DNA from: a virus
Reading direction: 5' to 3' (one strand)
Virus record (IMG/VR): IMGVR_UViG_3300024492_000057
Coordinates: 3,798-67,797 of that record
DNA: 64,000 bases
Both the position numbers and the translations under genes were made by a program. Shown here piece by piece: positions 39,445-49,353 of this stretch; positions within the stretch are counted from its first letter, which is position 1; each line of letters starts with the position of its first letter. The notes under the pieces are model-generated. The model was given only the letters and a program-made list of their open reading frames with translations, did not search any database and was not told the origin of the DNA.

Positions 39445-41001
39445 TTATACGCTAGTAGTCGTTGCTCTGAACTTGATAGTAGCTGAGCTAAATCCTGAAA
39501 TGTTACCAATTGAAGCGCGCACTTGACCGGCAGCAGTAATATCAAAAGTTAAACCAGAGATAGAATCTCCGGTAAATAGCTCCGACATTTGCCAATCAGA
39601 TCCACGTTGAATACCCATTAGTTCATATACTGCGAATTGATCGGTAGTTGCATCAACTAATACTGAAACCTGAGCTTTAAAAGAACGAACAGTAGCATTA
39701 GCAAAAGCTAAACCAGTAATTACCTGGTTAGCAGTATTATTAGCTAATCCAGTAAAACTAGATTCATTAATATCACCAGCGGAGGCAACCGAAATTCCTG
39801 AAAGGAAGTTCGCTCTAGTCATCTTACGTAGAGCACCAGCTGAGTTATCATGAATTAGAATAGCATCAGCATTATCAGCAGATGTTTCAGCGGTAGTACC
39901 ACTAATATCTACTGAAAGATTACGGGTAGTAGTAATATCACCACCACCAGTTAGACCAGAATTAGCTCCAGTGGCGATTTGAACCGTAGAATGATCAACG
40001 TGTTCGTTAGCTACGAAGTTATTAAGAGCATCGTGATCTACGCCAGCAGGAAGAACAGCAGCCGTAATTGTGTTAGCACCATCATTATAGGTAAAATCTA
40101 CTGATGCACTATCAGTTAGAGCACTACCTACAGCATCTTGGGCACGTTCATCTGTAAAATAAAGATTAGTACCTTCAGAAATGTTAGTAGTAGTTAATGA
40201 TACTGCGCCAGTTTGACCGTTTACTGAAGAAACAGCATCGGTAGTATCTGCCTTCTCCCAAACTAGAGAAGCATTGAGAATTGCATAATCCCCAACATCG
40301 AAAGAAATATTACCTGAACCAAGATCTTGAGTACCAGCAACACTTACGCGATAAACATCGCCGATTGAACCGACACCATCAGCTAATGTAGGAGAGTTAG
40401 TAGAAGCATTCCATGTACCCTGGTACTCCATAATGGCATTAGGAAGCTGAGCAACTGGAACCTTACCGCTACCGTCGAGAGAAGCGTAACCGTTAGCTTG
40501 ACCCTTTTCGGAGGTAGATTGTTTAGCATTTAATTGAGTCTGAATTGCAGAAGTTACACCAGAAACATAACCTAGTTCTGTAGAAGTTACAGAAGAAGCA
40601 CTAATTACTCCAGAACCATCAGACTGTAATGCACGAGAAGCTGTAAGAGCTGCTAGTTTAGAAAGAGCAATTGCAGCTGAAGCATTAATATCCGCATTAA
40701 CGATTACGCCAGCTTTAATTGTTAGACCAGCAGTAGCATCGGCATCAATATCGCCAACTGCAGCAGTATCAACCGCTGCTGAAACGTTAGATCCATTACC
40801 AACGATTAAATTACCATCGTTAAGAGTAAGACCAAGAAGAGTTAATGCTTGATCAGGAATTTCTTGCCAACCACCATTAACATATTGCTTTACTACGTTA
40901 TCTGTAGTATTATAGTAAAGTGTACCATTCTCAATCCCTGAAGGATCCGCAGCTAGTTGAGCGAGACGAATTGCATTACCATACTTTAGAATATCAGCCA
41001 T
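39445..41001 (-). CDS. tail fibre/spike protein
   Basis: ANGYASLDGSGKVP, YQGTWNASTN.P.L, VSSVNGQTGAV, EGTNLYFT fibre motifs. Confidence 0.82.
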   Translation of the reverse strand: MADILKYGNAIRLAQLAADPSGIENGTLYYNTTDNVVKQYVNGGWQEIPDQALTLLGLTLNDGNLIVGNGSNVSAAVDTAAVGDIDADATAGLTIKAGVIVNADINASAAIALSKLAALTASRALQSDGSGVISASSVTSTELGYVSGVTSAIQTQLNAKQSTSEKGQANGYASLDGSGKVPVAQLPNAIMEYQGTWNASTNSPTLADGVGSIGDVYRVSVAGTQDLGSGNISFDVGDYAILNASLVWEKADTTDAVSSVNGQTGAVSLTTTNISEGTNLYFTDERAQDAVGSALTDSASVDFTYNDGANTITAAVLPAGVDHDALNNFVANEHVDHSTVQIATGANSGLTGGGDITTTRNLSVDISGTTAETSADNADAILIHDNSAGALRKMTRANFLSGISVASAGDINESSFTGLANNTANQVITGLAFANATVRSFKAQVSVLVDATTDQFAVYELMGIQRGSDWQMSELFTGDSISGLTFDITAAGQVRASIGNISGFSSATIKFRATTTSV

Positions 41002-41004
41002 TAT

Positions 41005-41559
41005 TTAACTCCATTGTTTAAGTGAATATTTAAAACTTGCATTAGTTCCGGTATTAGTTGTAGTATACGTTAAATTAACGTTACCTAGAGTAACTGAAAC
41101 TCCTAAAGTAACACCAATTGCAGCTAATTCTACATAACCATTATCCGCAATTGAAGCACTAGTACCATCTGTTACTAATAAAACTCTTCCACAGCGAACA
41201 TTAGTACCGCGAAGTATGCTATAATCTACAAAAGTGAAAGGATTACTAGCTGCAACATATGAAAAAACAGTTCCACTGCTATTATCTGTTAAAGTAACTG
41301 GACCTTGAAGATTTAAAGCTGCATCTTGAATGTTAGAATTAGCAATTTGAGCGCGAATTCCATCTGCTTGTATACTTAGATTTACAATCTTATTATTAGC
41401 GGCTGCAGAAGCTGCAGATAATTTAACATCACCAGTTACGTTAGTTCCGCTAACCGCAAAGTCAATAGAATTAGTATCAGTAACCCCGGTTAGAGTTCCA
41501 CCACTAGAACTTCCCGTTAAATCAAGAAACCCAGTTAGGGGGTTAAACTTTACGCCCAT
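41005..41559 (-). CDS. virion structural protein
   Basis: Thr/Ser/Gly-rich beta protein in fibre cluster. Confidence 0.65.
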   Translation of the reverse strand: MGVKFNPLTGFLDLTGSSSGGTLTGVTDTNSIDFAVSGTNVTGDVKLSAASAAANNKIVNLSIQADGIRAQIANSNIQDAALNLQGPVTLTDNSSGTVFSYVAASNPFTFVDYSILRGTNVRCGRVLLVTDGTSASIADNGYVELAAIGVTLGVSVTLGNVNLTYTTTNTGTNASFKYSLKQWS

Positions 41560-41816
41560 TATACTACTCTTTCAACTACGTCTACATTATCATGAGAAGC
41601 ATTGTCATAAGTAACACGAATTGTATAAAGTAAGGTAGATCCATCATAGTATTCCCAATCATCTACCGTCGCGGATACGGCAGTACGCTCAATCTTATGA
41701 CCTAATTTACCAGCAACGAATGAACCTACAGCGAGGGTCTTCTCTTCTTTATTATAAACTCGTTGAATAATCTGAGTTTGATCAAATTCTGAAGGAGATT
41801 TAGTTGAATCAGACAT
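41559..41816 (-). CDS. small structural protein
   Basis: coupled ORF; DQ.QIIQR motif resembles N-terminus of 55412-55951. Confidence 0.6.
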   Translation of the reverse strand: MSDSTKSPSEFDQTQIIQRVYNKEEKTLAVGSFVAGKLGHKIERTAVSATVDDWEYYDGSTLLYTIRVTYDNASHDNVDVVERVV

Positions 41817-42058
41817 TATTTAACCTCTTCTTTAACTTGTTCACCTAATTGAGCACCTTTAGAAGATACCCAAGTACGACCAAAATGCAATCCTGCGCAG
41901 GCCATAAACATTTCAAAAGTCATACTTGTAGATTTTACTACTCCAGCCATTTCTAAACCAGAAGCAGCCCAACAGATAACAGCAGATACAATCACAAGCG
42001 TTAAGCTTACTGATTTATCTGCATTCTCTCGTTTAATCCAAATATGGTTAAGATCCAT
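41816..42058 (-). CDS. putative holin-like two-TM protein
   Basis: two hydrophobic helices, charged C-terminus. Confidence 0.55.
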   Translation of the reverse strand: MDLNHIWIKRENADKSVSLTLVIVSAVICWAASGLEMAGVVKSTSMTFEMFMACAGLHFGRTWVSSKGAQLGEQVKEEVK

Positions 42059-42059
42059 G

Positions 42060-44834
42060 TTAGTTACTTATTTTAGTAATTGTAAAATACGTTCTAGCAT
42101 TAGCGCCATCAACATCACCATCGGTGTGAGGTCTTACAACATCACCAGCATTTAAATTAATAGTTGCAGTTACAGCAGAATAACCACCAGATGGAATAAA
42201 TGTAATTCCTCTAAGACCATCGCTATATGCTAGTGAACTAGAATTTGTTGTTAATAATGAACTATTAACACTAATTCCACAATTAGAAGGTCCTCCACTT
42301 TTACTATCAGCAATAGTTATAGCATAGACACCAGTTTCATTGATTGTTAATGATGCTCCAGCAGTAGCACTATCAGCATAAGTAATTGCGGGGCCCACAT
42401 TTTTTCTAATATTAGAATAGCGACGAATTTTAGTATTAGTAGAACCATGACCATTAGCTGTATCTAAATGTATTTCACTACGAGGAGCAGTTAATGTACC
42501 TGAACTTGTAGAAGTCCAACCAGCTACGGGGAAAATAATAGGACCAAATGCAAAACTACCGCCACTAGCTTGCATACTTGATACAACAGTTTTCTCAAAA
42601 GTTGTATTAGATCCAGACGAACCTGCCATATATAGATTAGCAGTATCTGATCCGTCATAAAAAATTACAGGAGATACGTTAGTATTTAAAAATGAACCAG
42701 TGCTAAATAGTTCATAAGACACACCGATTGAACGGTGATTAGAACCCATTTTAGCGGAATCAATTCTAATACCGTCAGGAAGAGCTAATGAACCGACTGC
42801 AGCTGAAACTGTACCAGTAGTAAAGAATCCCTGTAGATGAATTGAATCACCTACACGTTTATAATACCATGAATTATTACTTACAGTACCAAATCCCGCA
42901 CTAGGAGTAATGGTAATAGGTGACCAATCGCTTAGAGAAAGAATTGGAGAAGTTCCGCCGCCTGAAGACCAGCCGGAGATTGGGACAATTGCCTGGATAG
43001 ATTGCTCGATTCCATTTGCGGTAAGGGAACTTCCGGTTACTTTTGTTAGTCCACCTGATCCTCCGCCCGCTTGAACTCCAAAAGTTACATAACTAACATT
43101 AGATTCAGCTAAAACTTCAACAAAAGAAGCTCCAGCTTGACCTTGAACAAAATGGCCAACGCCTCTAATTGCTGGAAGCTTAGTAGAATCAGAAACAAGC
43201 GAGTTCGGTAGAGAAATACGAGCTTCAGTAGCTGTAGAAGTTCCAGAAGTAAATTTACCTGTAATTTCTACAGAATCACCAACTCGTCTCCACCAAAAAC
43301 TTTGAGTACTTACAGTACCAAATCCCGTAAATGTGGGAGTGTAGCTCTGCCAATCGCTCATGGGTACGTTAGCTTGAGCAATATCAGGAGCTAATACAAC
43401 GTCATCAAAATAAACATCTACTGCGCCAGTATTAGAAGCACGAGCAATATGTAAACCAACTCGAATTTGAGCAGTAGAAGTATTAGTAATTAAAGTACAT
43501 ACAACTCTACCAGAAGATCCACTAATTCCACTAACTACTGTTGGCGCAATTAATACACTATTAGTTACATCATAAGCATAAGGAACAAAATCAGAAGCTG
43601 AAATAGTTCCAGACGTAGTATAGGGGAAAGATAAAGTAAGAGCTTGACCGCGATATGCAGTAGGAATATTAACTAGACAGCTAACACCTTCACCTTGACG
43701 AGTAGCACCAGATGAAACCGTCATCTTAAATGATGCAACGCCATTAATTTCGTTAGTTGTATCACGAGTTATTGTAGTATTAGGAGAACCGCCGGTCATA
43801 TCTACCGGAGTAGTTGCAGCAGCATCAGCATAAGCTGCCCAATCACCAACCGTTGCTTCAGCATTATAATTATCAGTCTTATCTGCTGCCCAGTTATTAG
43901 CGGCAGTATTGAGAAGCATTAAATTAAGAGAAGCAGTAAATCCGGGACCACCAGATCCTACTTCAGACTCTAATCCAGCACTATTAAGCTTATAAAGTTT
44001 ACCATCGGATTTGAAATAAGTTTTATAGAAACCAGCAGAAGGATTAGATGGGGTAGAAGCTTGATCATCCCAAGTTACAATATCAGTTGTAGGAGTATTT
44101 ACTGTAGGAGATGTTAGAGTTTTATTAGTAAGAGTTTGAGAATCAGAAGTACCAACTACAGAACCAGTTACACCGTGAACACCGGATGAAGCGCTAGTAT
44201 GAGTAGTTAAAGCTGACGATGTAGCACGAGTATCAACGTCTGATTGAAGTTCATCTAGAGCGCCTTGTACATCAGTTGCAGCGAGGTTGCCAGAAGGTAC
44301 GTTAGAAATTGCTGAAGCATCGTGAGCATCTGTAGCATCACCAATATGACCTTGAATATCACCATCTAGTTCATTAATTGCAGCTTGTACGTCTGTAGCT
44401 GCAATAGAACCAGCTGGAACGTTAGAAATAGCAGATGCATCATGAGCGTCTGTTGCATCGTTTATATGGTTATTAAGATCTGTAGTAGATGCTTTAGCAT
44501 TTAGTTGAGTTTGGGCATCTGAAGTTAATCCGCCGATATATTGAAATTCAGTATTGGAAACGGAACCATCGGCAATCTTAGCTGCATCGATAGCAGCAGC
44601 AGCTTTAATATCGGCATTGTCAATGTTACTAATTGTATTAGAATCAGCATCGATCGTTTTATTAGTAAGGGTAGCTGAATGTGCTTCAGTTACAACTGGA
44701 GATGCGCTTGTTCCATTGTGGTAATTGAGTTTCCCAGAACTATCAAGTACTTCCATCTCTCCTTTAGAGTCAATAGCTGTACTAGAGACAGGGATTAAAC
44801 CAAGAGCACGAAGAAATTTCCTAATATTTACCAC
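42060..44834 (-). CDS. long tail fibre protein
   Basis: TLTNKT, duplicated HxxDATDAHDASAISNVP..ATDVQ.A..EL, duplicated SDW..TP..GFGTVS..RVGDS modules. Confidence 0.85.
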   Translation of the reverse strand: MVNIRKFLRALGLIPVSSTAIDSKGEMEVLDSSGKLNYHNGTSASPVVTEAHSATLTNKTIDADSNTISNIDNADIKAAAAIDAAKIADGSVSNTEFQYIGGLTSDAQTQLNAKASTTDLNNHINDATDAHDASAISNVPAGSIAATDVQAAINELDGDIQGHIGDATDAHDASAISNVPSGNLAATDVQGALDELQSDVDTRATSSALTTHTSASSGVHGVTGSVVGTSDSQTLTNKTLTSPTVNTPTTDIVTWDDQASTPSNPSAGFYKTYFKSDGKLYKLNSAGLESEVGSGGPGFTASLNLMLLNTAANNWAADKTDNYNAEATVGDWAAYADAAATTPVDMTGGSPNTTITRDTTNEINGVASFKMTVSSGATRQGEGVSCLVNIPTAYRGQALTLSFPYTTSGTISASDFVPYAYDVTNSVLIAPTVVSGISGSSGRVVCTLITNTSTAQIRVGLHIARASNTGAVDVYFDDVVLAPDIAQANVPMSDWQSYTPTFTGFGTVSTQSFWWRRVGDSVEITGKFTSGTSTATEARISLPNSLVSDSTKLPAIRGVGHFVQGQAGASFVEVLAESNVSYVTFGVQAGGGSGGLTKVTGSSLTANGIEQSIQAIVPISGWSSGGGTSPILSLSDWSPITITPSAGFGTVSNNSWYYKRVGDSIHLQGFFTTGTVSAAVGSLALPDGIRIDSAKMGSNHRSIGVSYELFSTGSFLNTNVSPVIFYDGSDTANLYMAGSSGSNTTFEKTVVSSMQASGGSFAFGPIIFPVAGWTSTSSGTLTAPRSEIHLDTANGHGSTNTKIRRYSNIRKNVGPAITYADSATAGASLTINETGVYAITIADSKSGGPSNCGISVNSSLLTTNSSSLAYSDGLRGITFIPSGGYSAVTATINLNAGDVVRPHTDGDVDGANARTYFTITKISN

Positions 44835-44844
44835 TTATTACTCC

Positions 44845-45330
44845 TTAAGTCTGTTCTAAAGCTCGGGCTTCAAAGGTGATTTTACCACTATGAGAAGCTC
44901 CAGAAAGCGCTGTAGTTGAAAATTGAATTTGACCATTATCGGTCATATTAAAGCTAATTTGAGCACCACCGCTAGTTCTAACTTGGCTAACAGTCCACTT
45001 AAATCCCACTGAGTTATTAGGATTATAAACCGCAATAATATCGCCAGCTTCATCTGCATTAGCTAAAGTAGTTTCACGATATACTGCATATCTAATAAAA
45101 ACAGCTCGAACGTTAGAAGTTGAAAATGATAATGCCGGAATATCAATATTAGAAGCTGTATTATATGCATCTAATGAAAATGATTGAGGAGCTACGTCAA
45201 ATGCTCCACTAGTAATAGCCAATTGCTCAGCTACAGCCTCGGCAAAAAGAATTACAGCGGGAGCCCAATTAGGAGAAGTTCCGCTATCTGGAAAATCGAT
45301 TATTGTCGAACCAATAGTAATTTGAGGCAT
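44845..45330 (-). CDS. virion structural protein
   Basis: first gene after capsid terminator, behind late motif. Confidence 0.65.
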   Translation of the reverse strand: MPQITIGSTIIDFPDSGTSPNWAPAVILFAEAVAEQLAITSGAFDVAPQSFSLDAYNTASNIDIPALSFSTSNVRAVFIRYAVYRETTLANADEAGDIIAVYNPNNSVGFKWTVSQVRTSGGAQISFNMTDNGQIQFSTTALSGASHSGKITFEARALEQT

Positions 45331-45337
45331 CTAATAT

Positions 45338-45346
45338 AGTTGTTAA
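45338..45346 (-). promoter_or_regulatory. late promoter motif TTAACAACT
   Basis: lies just after the capsid terminator, 7 nt before ATG. Confidence 0.8.
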
Positions 45347-45364
45347 AATATTTACAGAAAGCTG

Positions 45365-45394
45365 AAAAAGAAAGGGGAGCCCGAAAGCTCCCCC
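45365..45394 (-). terminator. rho-independent terminator after major capsid gene
   Basis: GGGGAGCT-TTCG-GGCTCCCC then TTTCTTTTT. Confidence 0.9.
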
Positions 45395-45420
45395 ATCTAT
45401 TTGATATTGTTAACTAATTA

Positions 45421-46647
45421 TTAGGTAGCGTTAACAATTGCGTTGATGAGAGTGCTCTTACCGGGAGCGCAGCAGAATACTGCTTGGTCGGTATAGAGAC
45501 GAAGCTCATAGCCAGCAGAGTTTTCGAGATCGCGGAAGAACTCTTCACCCTGACCAGGACGCTTGAAGGAAACGTCTTGGGAACCAACACGCATCCAGTC
45601 TTCTAGATTTAGAAGGAAAGCATAACCCTCTTTGATATAGATAGAAGGATGAATTTCGATTTCACCGTTCTGGCTATGGAAAAGAATGGATTTAGCACCC
45701 ATTTCAGCCTTTTCCTTAGAGTAGCTACCATCGTAGCGACGTAGAGCGGCTTGATCGTTCATCATGTTAGACCAGGCACGTGGATTTACGAAAGCCACGA
45801 GCTTACCATCTTGACCCTTTTCTACGCCACGAGCAGCAGCAAGATTTAACTTGTTGAAGCTAAGGGCAGCAGAACCAGCTGGGTAGGTATTACCTTTGAA
45901 AAGGTTATACTGAGCAGCACTGATATTGAAAAGAGTACCAGTGTTGGTTAGGATCTTGTGTACGCCAGGGAATTCGTTACCATAAGCACCTTTATGCCAA
46001 ACAACGTCACCTGAAACGAGGGTGCCAGGGTTAGCATTGAGGGTAATAGTACGGTTATCCATGTCTACAGAAGAGATAGTGAACTCACCTTTAGAGGTAG
46101 CACCAGAGCTATCGCGGATTTCGATAGGCATTCCTTCACCACCAGCCCAGATACCAGGAGCCCATTCAGCAGTCTGAATGGTTACAACAGTACCAGAGTT
46201 GGAAGCTACTACACCATAGCCCATCTGACCATAGAACATCTCGATTTCGAGCTTCTTGGTTACAGAACGGAGCATGTTGCTTACAAGATACTTGGTAGCA
46301 TCCATGAAAGCTTGCTTGCCACCTTGAGCAGCGCGGCTAGCAGCAGTATAACCTAGAACTGAACGAAGCACGAGGGGATAACCACGTACTTGAGCGTCCT
46401 TAATTACACCAGCAACAGGGCTGTTAAGGTTGAAAGCATCTTCATCAGAAGAGGCGAAAGTTACACCATGCTCAAGACCAAGGATTACAGGCTGGTGATA
46501 GAGGTTACCAGGCTGTTTATCTTTAGGCATGAACTTAACAAGATTAAGAAGCTTCACGCCATCTGGAATGAGATCCTCGATCTTATCTGCATAGTTTTCT
46601 TTGAACATCGCATTCAAAGAACCGGAAAAAGTATTATTAGCGGCCAT
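45421..46647 (-). CDS. major capsid protein
   Basis: 408 aa, strong high-expression codon bias, follows scaffold, followed by strong terminator. Confidence 0.85.
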   Translation of the reverse strand: MAANNTFSGSLNAMFKENYADKIEDLIPDGVKLLNLVKFMPKDKQPGNLYHQPVILGLEHGVTFASSDEDAFNLNSPVAGVIKDAQVRGYPLVLRSVLGYTAASRAAQGGKQAFMDATKYLVSNMLRSVTKKLEIEMFYGQMGYGVVASNSGTVVTIQTAEWAPGIWAGGEGMPIEIRDSSGATSKGEFTISSVDMDNRTITLNANPGTLVSGDVVWHKGAYGNEFPGVHKILTNTGTLFNISAAQYNLFKGNTYPAGSAALSFNKLNLAAARGVEKGQDGKLVAFVNPRAWSNMMNDQAALRRYDGSYSKEKAEMGAKSILFHSQNGEIEIHPSIYIKEGYAFLLNLEDWMRVGSQDVSFKRPGQGEEFFRDLENSAGYELRLYTDQAVFCCAPGKSTLINAIVNAT

Positions 46648-46671
46648 TATTTAGTCCTTTCTTAAATTAAA

Positions 46672-47121
46672 TTATTCAGCTACTACGTACTTAACAATTA
46701 AGCAAGCATCGAGGTTAGCAGCAGATAGATCTACACCAGTGTCACAATCGAGAACGATTTTATCACCAGCAGCAGTGATACCGTCAGTATCAGCAAGCTT
46801 GCAAGTATCAACACCATGAGCAGTTCTACGGATTAGTTGAGCAGAGAGAACCTTACCAACAGGCTCTCCTACTTTAATCATAGCTGAAAATAGACCGTTA
46901 GCATCGTTTTGAGCGACAAATGATGGAGTACCATCGCTAGCATCTAGAGCAGCAGTAATTTTGTTAACACCTTCAGTTCTTAGGAAAAGAACAGCAGGAT
47001 CATCAACGGCAACAACAACGCTAGCGGGCGTGGCATTACCAGTAATAGCGAGACGAAGACATAGTTCTTGCACTTTTAGCTGTGCATTAAGAACATGCTC
47101 GTTTTTAGCAGAATAAGACAT
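46672..47121 (-). CDS. abundant capsid-associated (decoration/cement) protein
   Basis: co-transcribed with capsid gene, similar codon bias. Confidence 0.6.
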   Translation of the reverse strand: MSYSAKNEHVLNAQLKVQELCLRLAITGNATPASVVVAVDDPAVLFLRTEGVNKITAALDASDGTPSFVAQNDANGLFSAMIKVGEPVGKVLSAQLIRRTAHGVDTCKLADTDGITAAGDKIVLDCDTGVDLSAANLDACLIVKYVVAE

Positions 47122-47246
47122 TTTTTAAATACCTTTCTAAATTATTATTATTAAACCTATTTATTTGCCAGCGCCAACGCCATTTAAAGTGTTCCTCGCC
47201 CATTTGGTTACGAAGAAGCCGCAATAGACAGCACTATGCATTAAAC

Positions 47247-47255
47247 AGTTGTTAA
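47247..47255 (-). promoter_or_regulatory. late promoter motif TTAACAACT with ~120-nt structured leader
   Basis: recurrent motif upstream of capsid operon. Confidence 0.75.
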
Positions 47256-47307
47256 TTATTTTTCAGTTTATATATCTTTTTTAATTGACTTTTTCTAAGT
47301 ATTTGAA

Positions 47308-47859
47308 TTAATAGAATTTTTTATATCTAATCTTCCAAGACTCATTTTCATAAGTCCCATCAAAAGAGTTTCGTTTAAAATTGTTTTCAGATTTTGTTAA
47401 ATATTGAAGATTCCACGGAACATTCAATCCGCTAATATTCTTACCTTGAAGTGGAATTATATGATCCACCACTGAATCAACTGGGCAATTTTTATAAATT
47501 TGTTCTATCTCATTTAAATATTTTTTAAAGTTTCTATTATTTCTATTTAATTCTTTAAGTCTTTCTTCCGATCTAACTTTTCCCGGATTCTCTTTTCTCC
47601 GTTTTTTCATATAGTTAGACATATAATTAGAGTTTTCTTTTCTCCAATTTATTAAATAATCATTTATTTTATTAGAATTTATCTTGCGATAATTATTCTT
47701 TTTCTCTTTATTTTTAAGTTTATATAATTCTCTATCTCGGGTTAAACGAGATTCTCTATTAGCATAATAATATGCTAAATTATACTCTTTAGTTCCAGAC
47801 TTTAACTCCCCGGCCTCTAAACGACCGAGGAGGTCAGAAATTTCTTCTTTAGTTTTCAT
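47308..47859 (-). CDS. HNH homing endonuclease
   Basis: VDHIIPLQGKNISGL.VPWNLQYL...EN..KRN; very AT-rich. Confidence 0.88.
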   Translation of the reverse strand: MKTKEEISDLLGRLEAGELKSGTKEYNLAYYYANRESRLTRDRELYKLKNKEKKNNYRKINSNKINDYLINWRKENSNYMSNYMKKRRKENPGKVRSEERLKELNRNNRNFKKYLNEIEQIYKNCPVDSVVDHIIPLQGKNISGLNVPWNLQYLTKSENNFKRNSFDGTYENESWKIRYKKFY

Positions 47860-48824
47860 TAAACCTTAAAAAAATCTTTATATGATAGTTTCTCTTTAGG
47901 AGTTTCATCAGTTTTAACTGAATTACCAGTTTCAACTACCTTAGTTCCAAGAGCTTTTTGAGCAGCCTGAGCTTTAGCTACACGACGCTTACGTAGTTTA
48001 TTAATAACTTGTTCACCAAGAAGACCTTCAATAGTTTCCTCATCAAGAGAAGCAAACATCTCTTTAAGGTCACTATTCATCTCTTCGCGAACAACGTCTA
48101 CTACGTCATCTGGAGTAACATCATGACCAGCTTCTAGAGCCACGAGCATATAATCTGCCATCTTTTTAACAGTATATGGAGTTTTAGGTAGCCCAGACTT
48201 ATTAAGAGCCTGTTCCATCTGAGTATCATACTGTTGGAAAGCTTGTTCTTGTAGACGAGCTAGTTCTTTCTGTTTAAGCTCTTCTTTTTCACGCTCGCGC
48301 TCGGCTCTAATGGCCTTAAGTTCATTCTCAAGGCGCTCTTTTTCAATTTGTTCGGGTGATTTCTTAGCTTGTTCAAGCTGTTTATTGATATAATCTTCAA
48401 TAACTTGGTCAGGATTCATTCCTAGCTCTTTAATAGCGGCGAAGGGATCTTCACCTAGAGCTTTCATAAAGGCACTTACTTGTTTTTCAAGTTCAGCCTT
48501 CTCTTGAGCGCGTTTTTGACCGAGTTTAGACATTTGAAGCTCACGTACAAGACGCTCTTCATCATCTAAATCGATTTCTTCTTCTAATTCTTTACCATCA
48601 ACCTTAAGTTTTAGCTTTTTAAGACGTTTTTCAACTTCTTTAGCCTTTTTTTCCTCTTTTTTAGAAAGTTTTTCATCTTTTTTCTCACCTTCATTAGAAG
48701 AATCTTCGAGTTTAGCCTCGATTTCTTGCTCTTCGGGGGAAAGTTCAGCACTTTCTACTTTAGGTTGTTCAGTTACAGGGGCGGCAGGAGCTGCAGGAGC
48801 AGCATTTTGTACTACTTCAGACAT
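47859..48824 (-). CDS. capsid scaffolding protein
   Basis: acidic coiled coil, KLKVDGKE.E motif, lies between portal and capsid. Confidence 0.78.
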   Translation of the reverse strand: MSEVVQNAAPAAPAAPVTEQPKVESAELSPEEQEIEAKLEDSSNEGEKKDEKLSKKEEKKAKEVEKRLKKLKLKVDGKELEEEIDLDDEERLVRELQMSKLGQKRAQEKAELEKQVSAFMKALGEDPFAAIKELGMNPDQVIEDYINKQLEQAKKSPEQIEKERLENELKAIRAEREREKEELKQKELARLQEQAFQQYDTQMEQALNKSGLPKTPYTVKKMADYMLVALEAGHDVTPDDVVDVVREEMNSDLKEMFASLDEETIEGLLGEQVINKLRKRRVAKAQAAQKALGTKVVETGNSVKTDETPKEKLSYKDFFKV

Positions 48825-48922
48825 TTTTTACCTTTCATTCCATCCTTACGGGTAGGAAATCAGTGATTTATCCAGGGAATTCTGGGTAAAATCAATTATT
48901 TAGCTAAATTCCTAGCTTAAAA

Positions 48923-49261
48923 TTACTGACCTTGAGAACGACGACGGAGAAATTCGGCCTTCATTTGCATTTCTTCACGACGTTTAGCTTCTTCAGGAGA
49001 AATTGGTTGAGGAGGAGAATAAAACGGCATTCCAGTTTCAGGATTAATGCTATTAGCTCTAGCTTTTTCAATTGAAGCGCGAATAGCTAGTTCAGCATCA
49101 GCTTCTGGATCCGGTTTAGGTGGAGTTATATCCATATTAAATTCAGGTAGATAAGGGTTTCTAGAAGACCCCGGAGTTGCGGGATCACCAGTATTTTCCC
49201 TAATACTCTTTTCAACTAAAGCTCTCCGCTCTTGGGGAGTTAAATCTTCAAATCTCGGCAT
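48923..49261 (-). CDS. hypothetical Pro/Glu-rich protein
   Basis: AAGGAG RBS, TAATG coupling. Confidence 0.65.
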   Translation of the reverse strand: MPRFEDLTPQERRALVEKSIRENTGDPATPGSSRNPYLPEFNMDITPPKPDPEADAELAIRASIEKARANSINPETGMPFYSPPQPISPEEAKRREEMQMKAEFLRRRSQGQ

Positions 49262-49353
49262 TATTTCTTCTCCTTTTTCTTAGGTTTTTTCTTACCTGAA
49301 TAAGTTTCCTTCATCATAGGCTTTAAGACATTAAATGTATTATATGCTGACAT
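49261..49353 (-). CDS. 30-aa basic peptide resembling capsid protein N-terminus (not in ORF track)
   Basis: MSAYNTFNVLKPMMKETYSGKKKPKKKEKK; GAGG RBS; TAATG overlaps at both ends. Confidence 0.75.
   Translation of the reverse strand: MSAYNTFNVLKPMMKETYSGKKKPKKKEKK

Noticed and set aside
42060-44834. Diversity-generating retroelement or invertible segment behind fibre repeats
   Set aside because: Repeats are short in-frame domain duplications; no reverse transcriptase or recombinase seen
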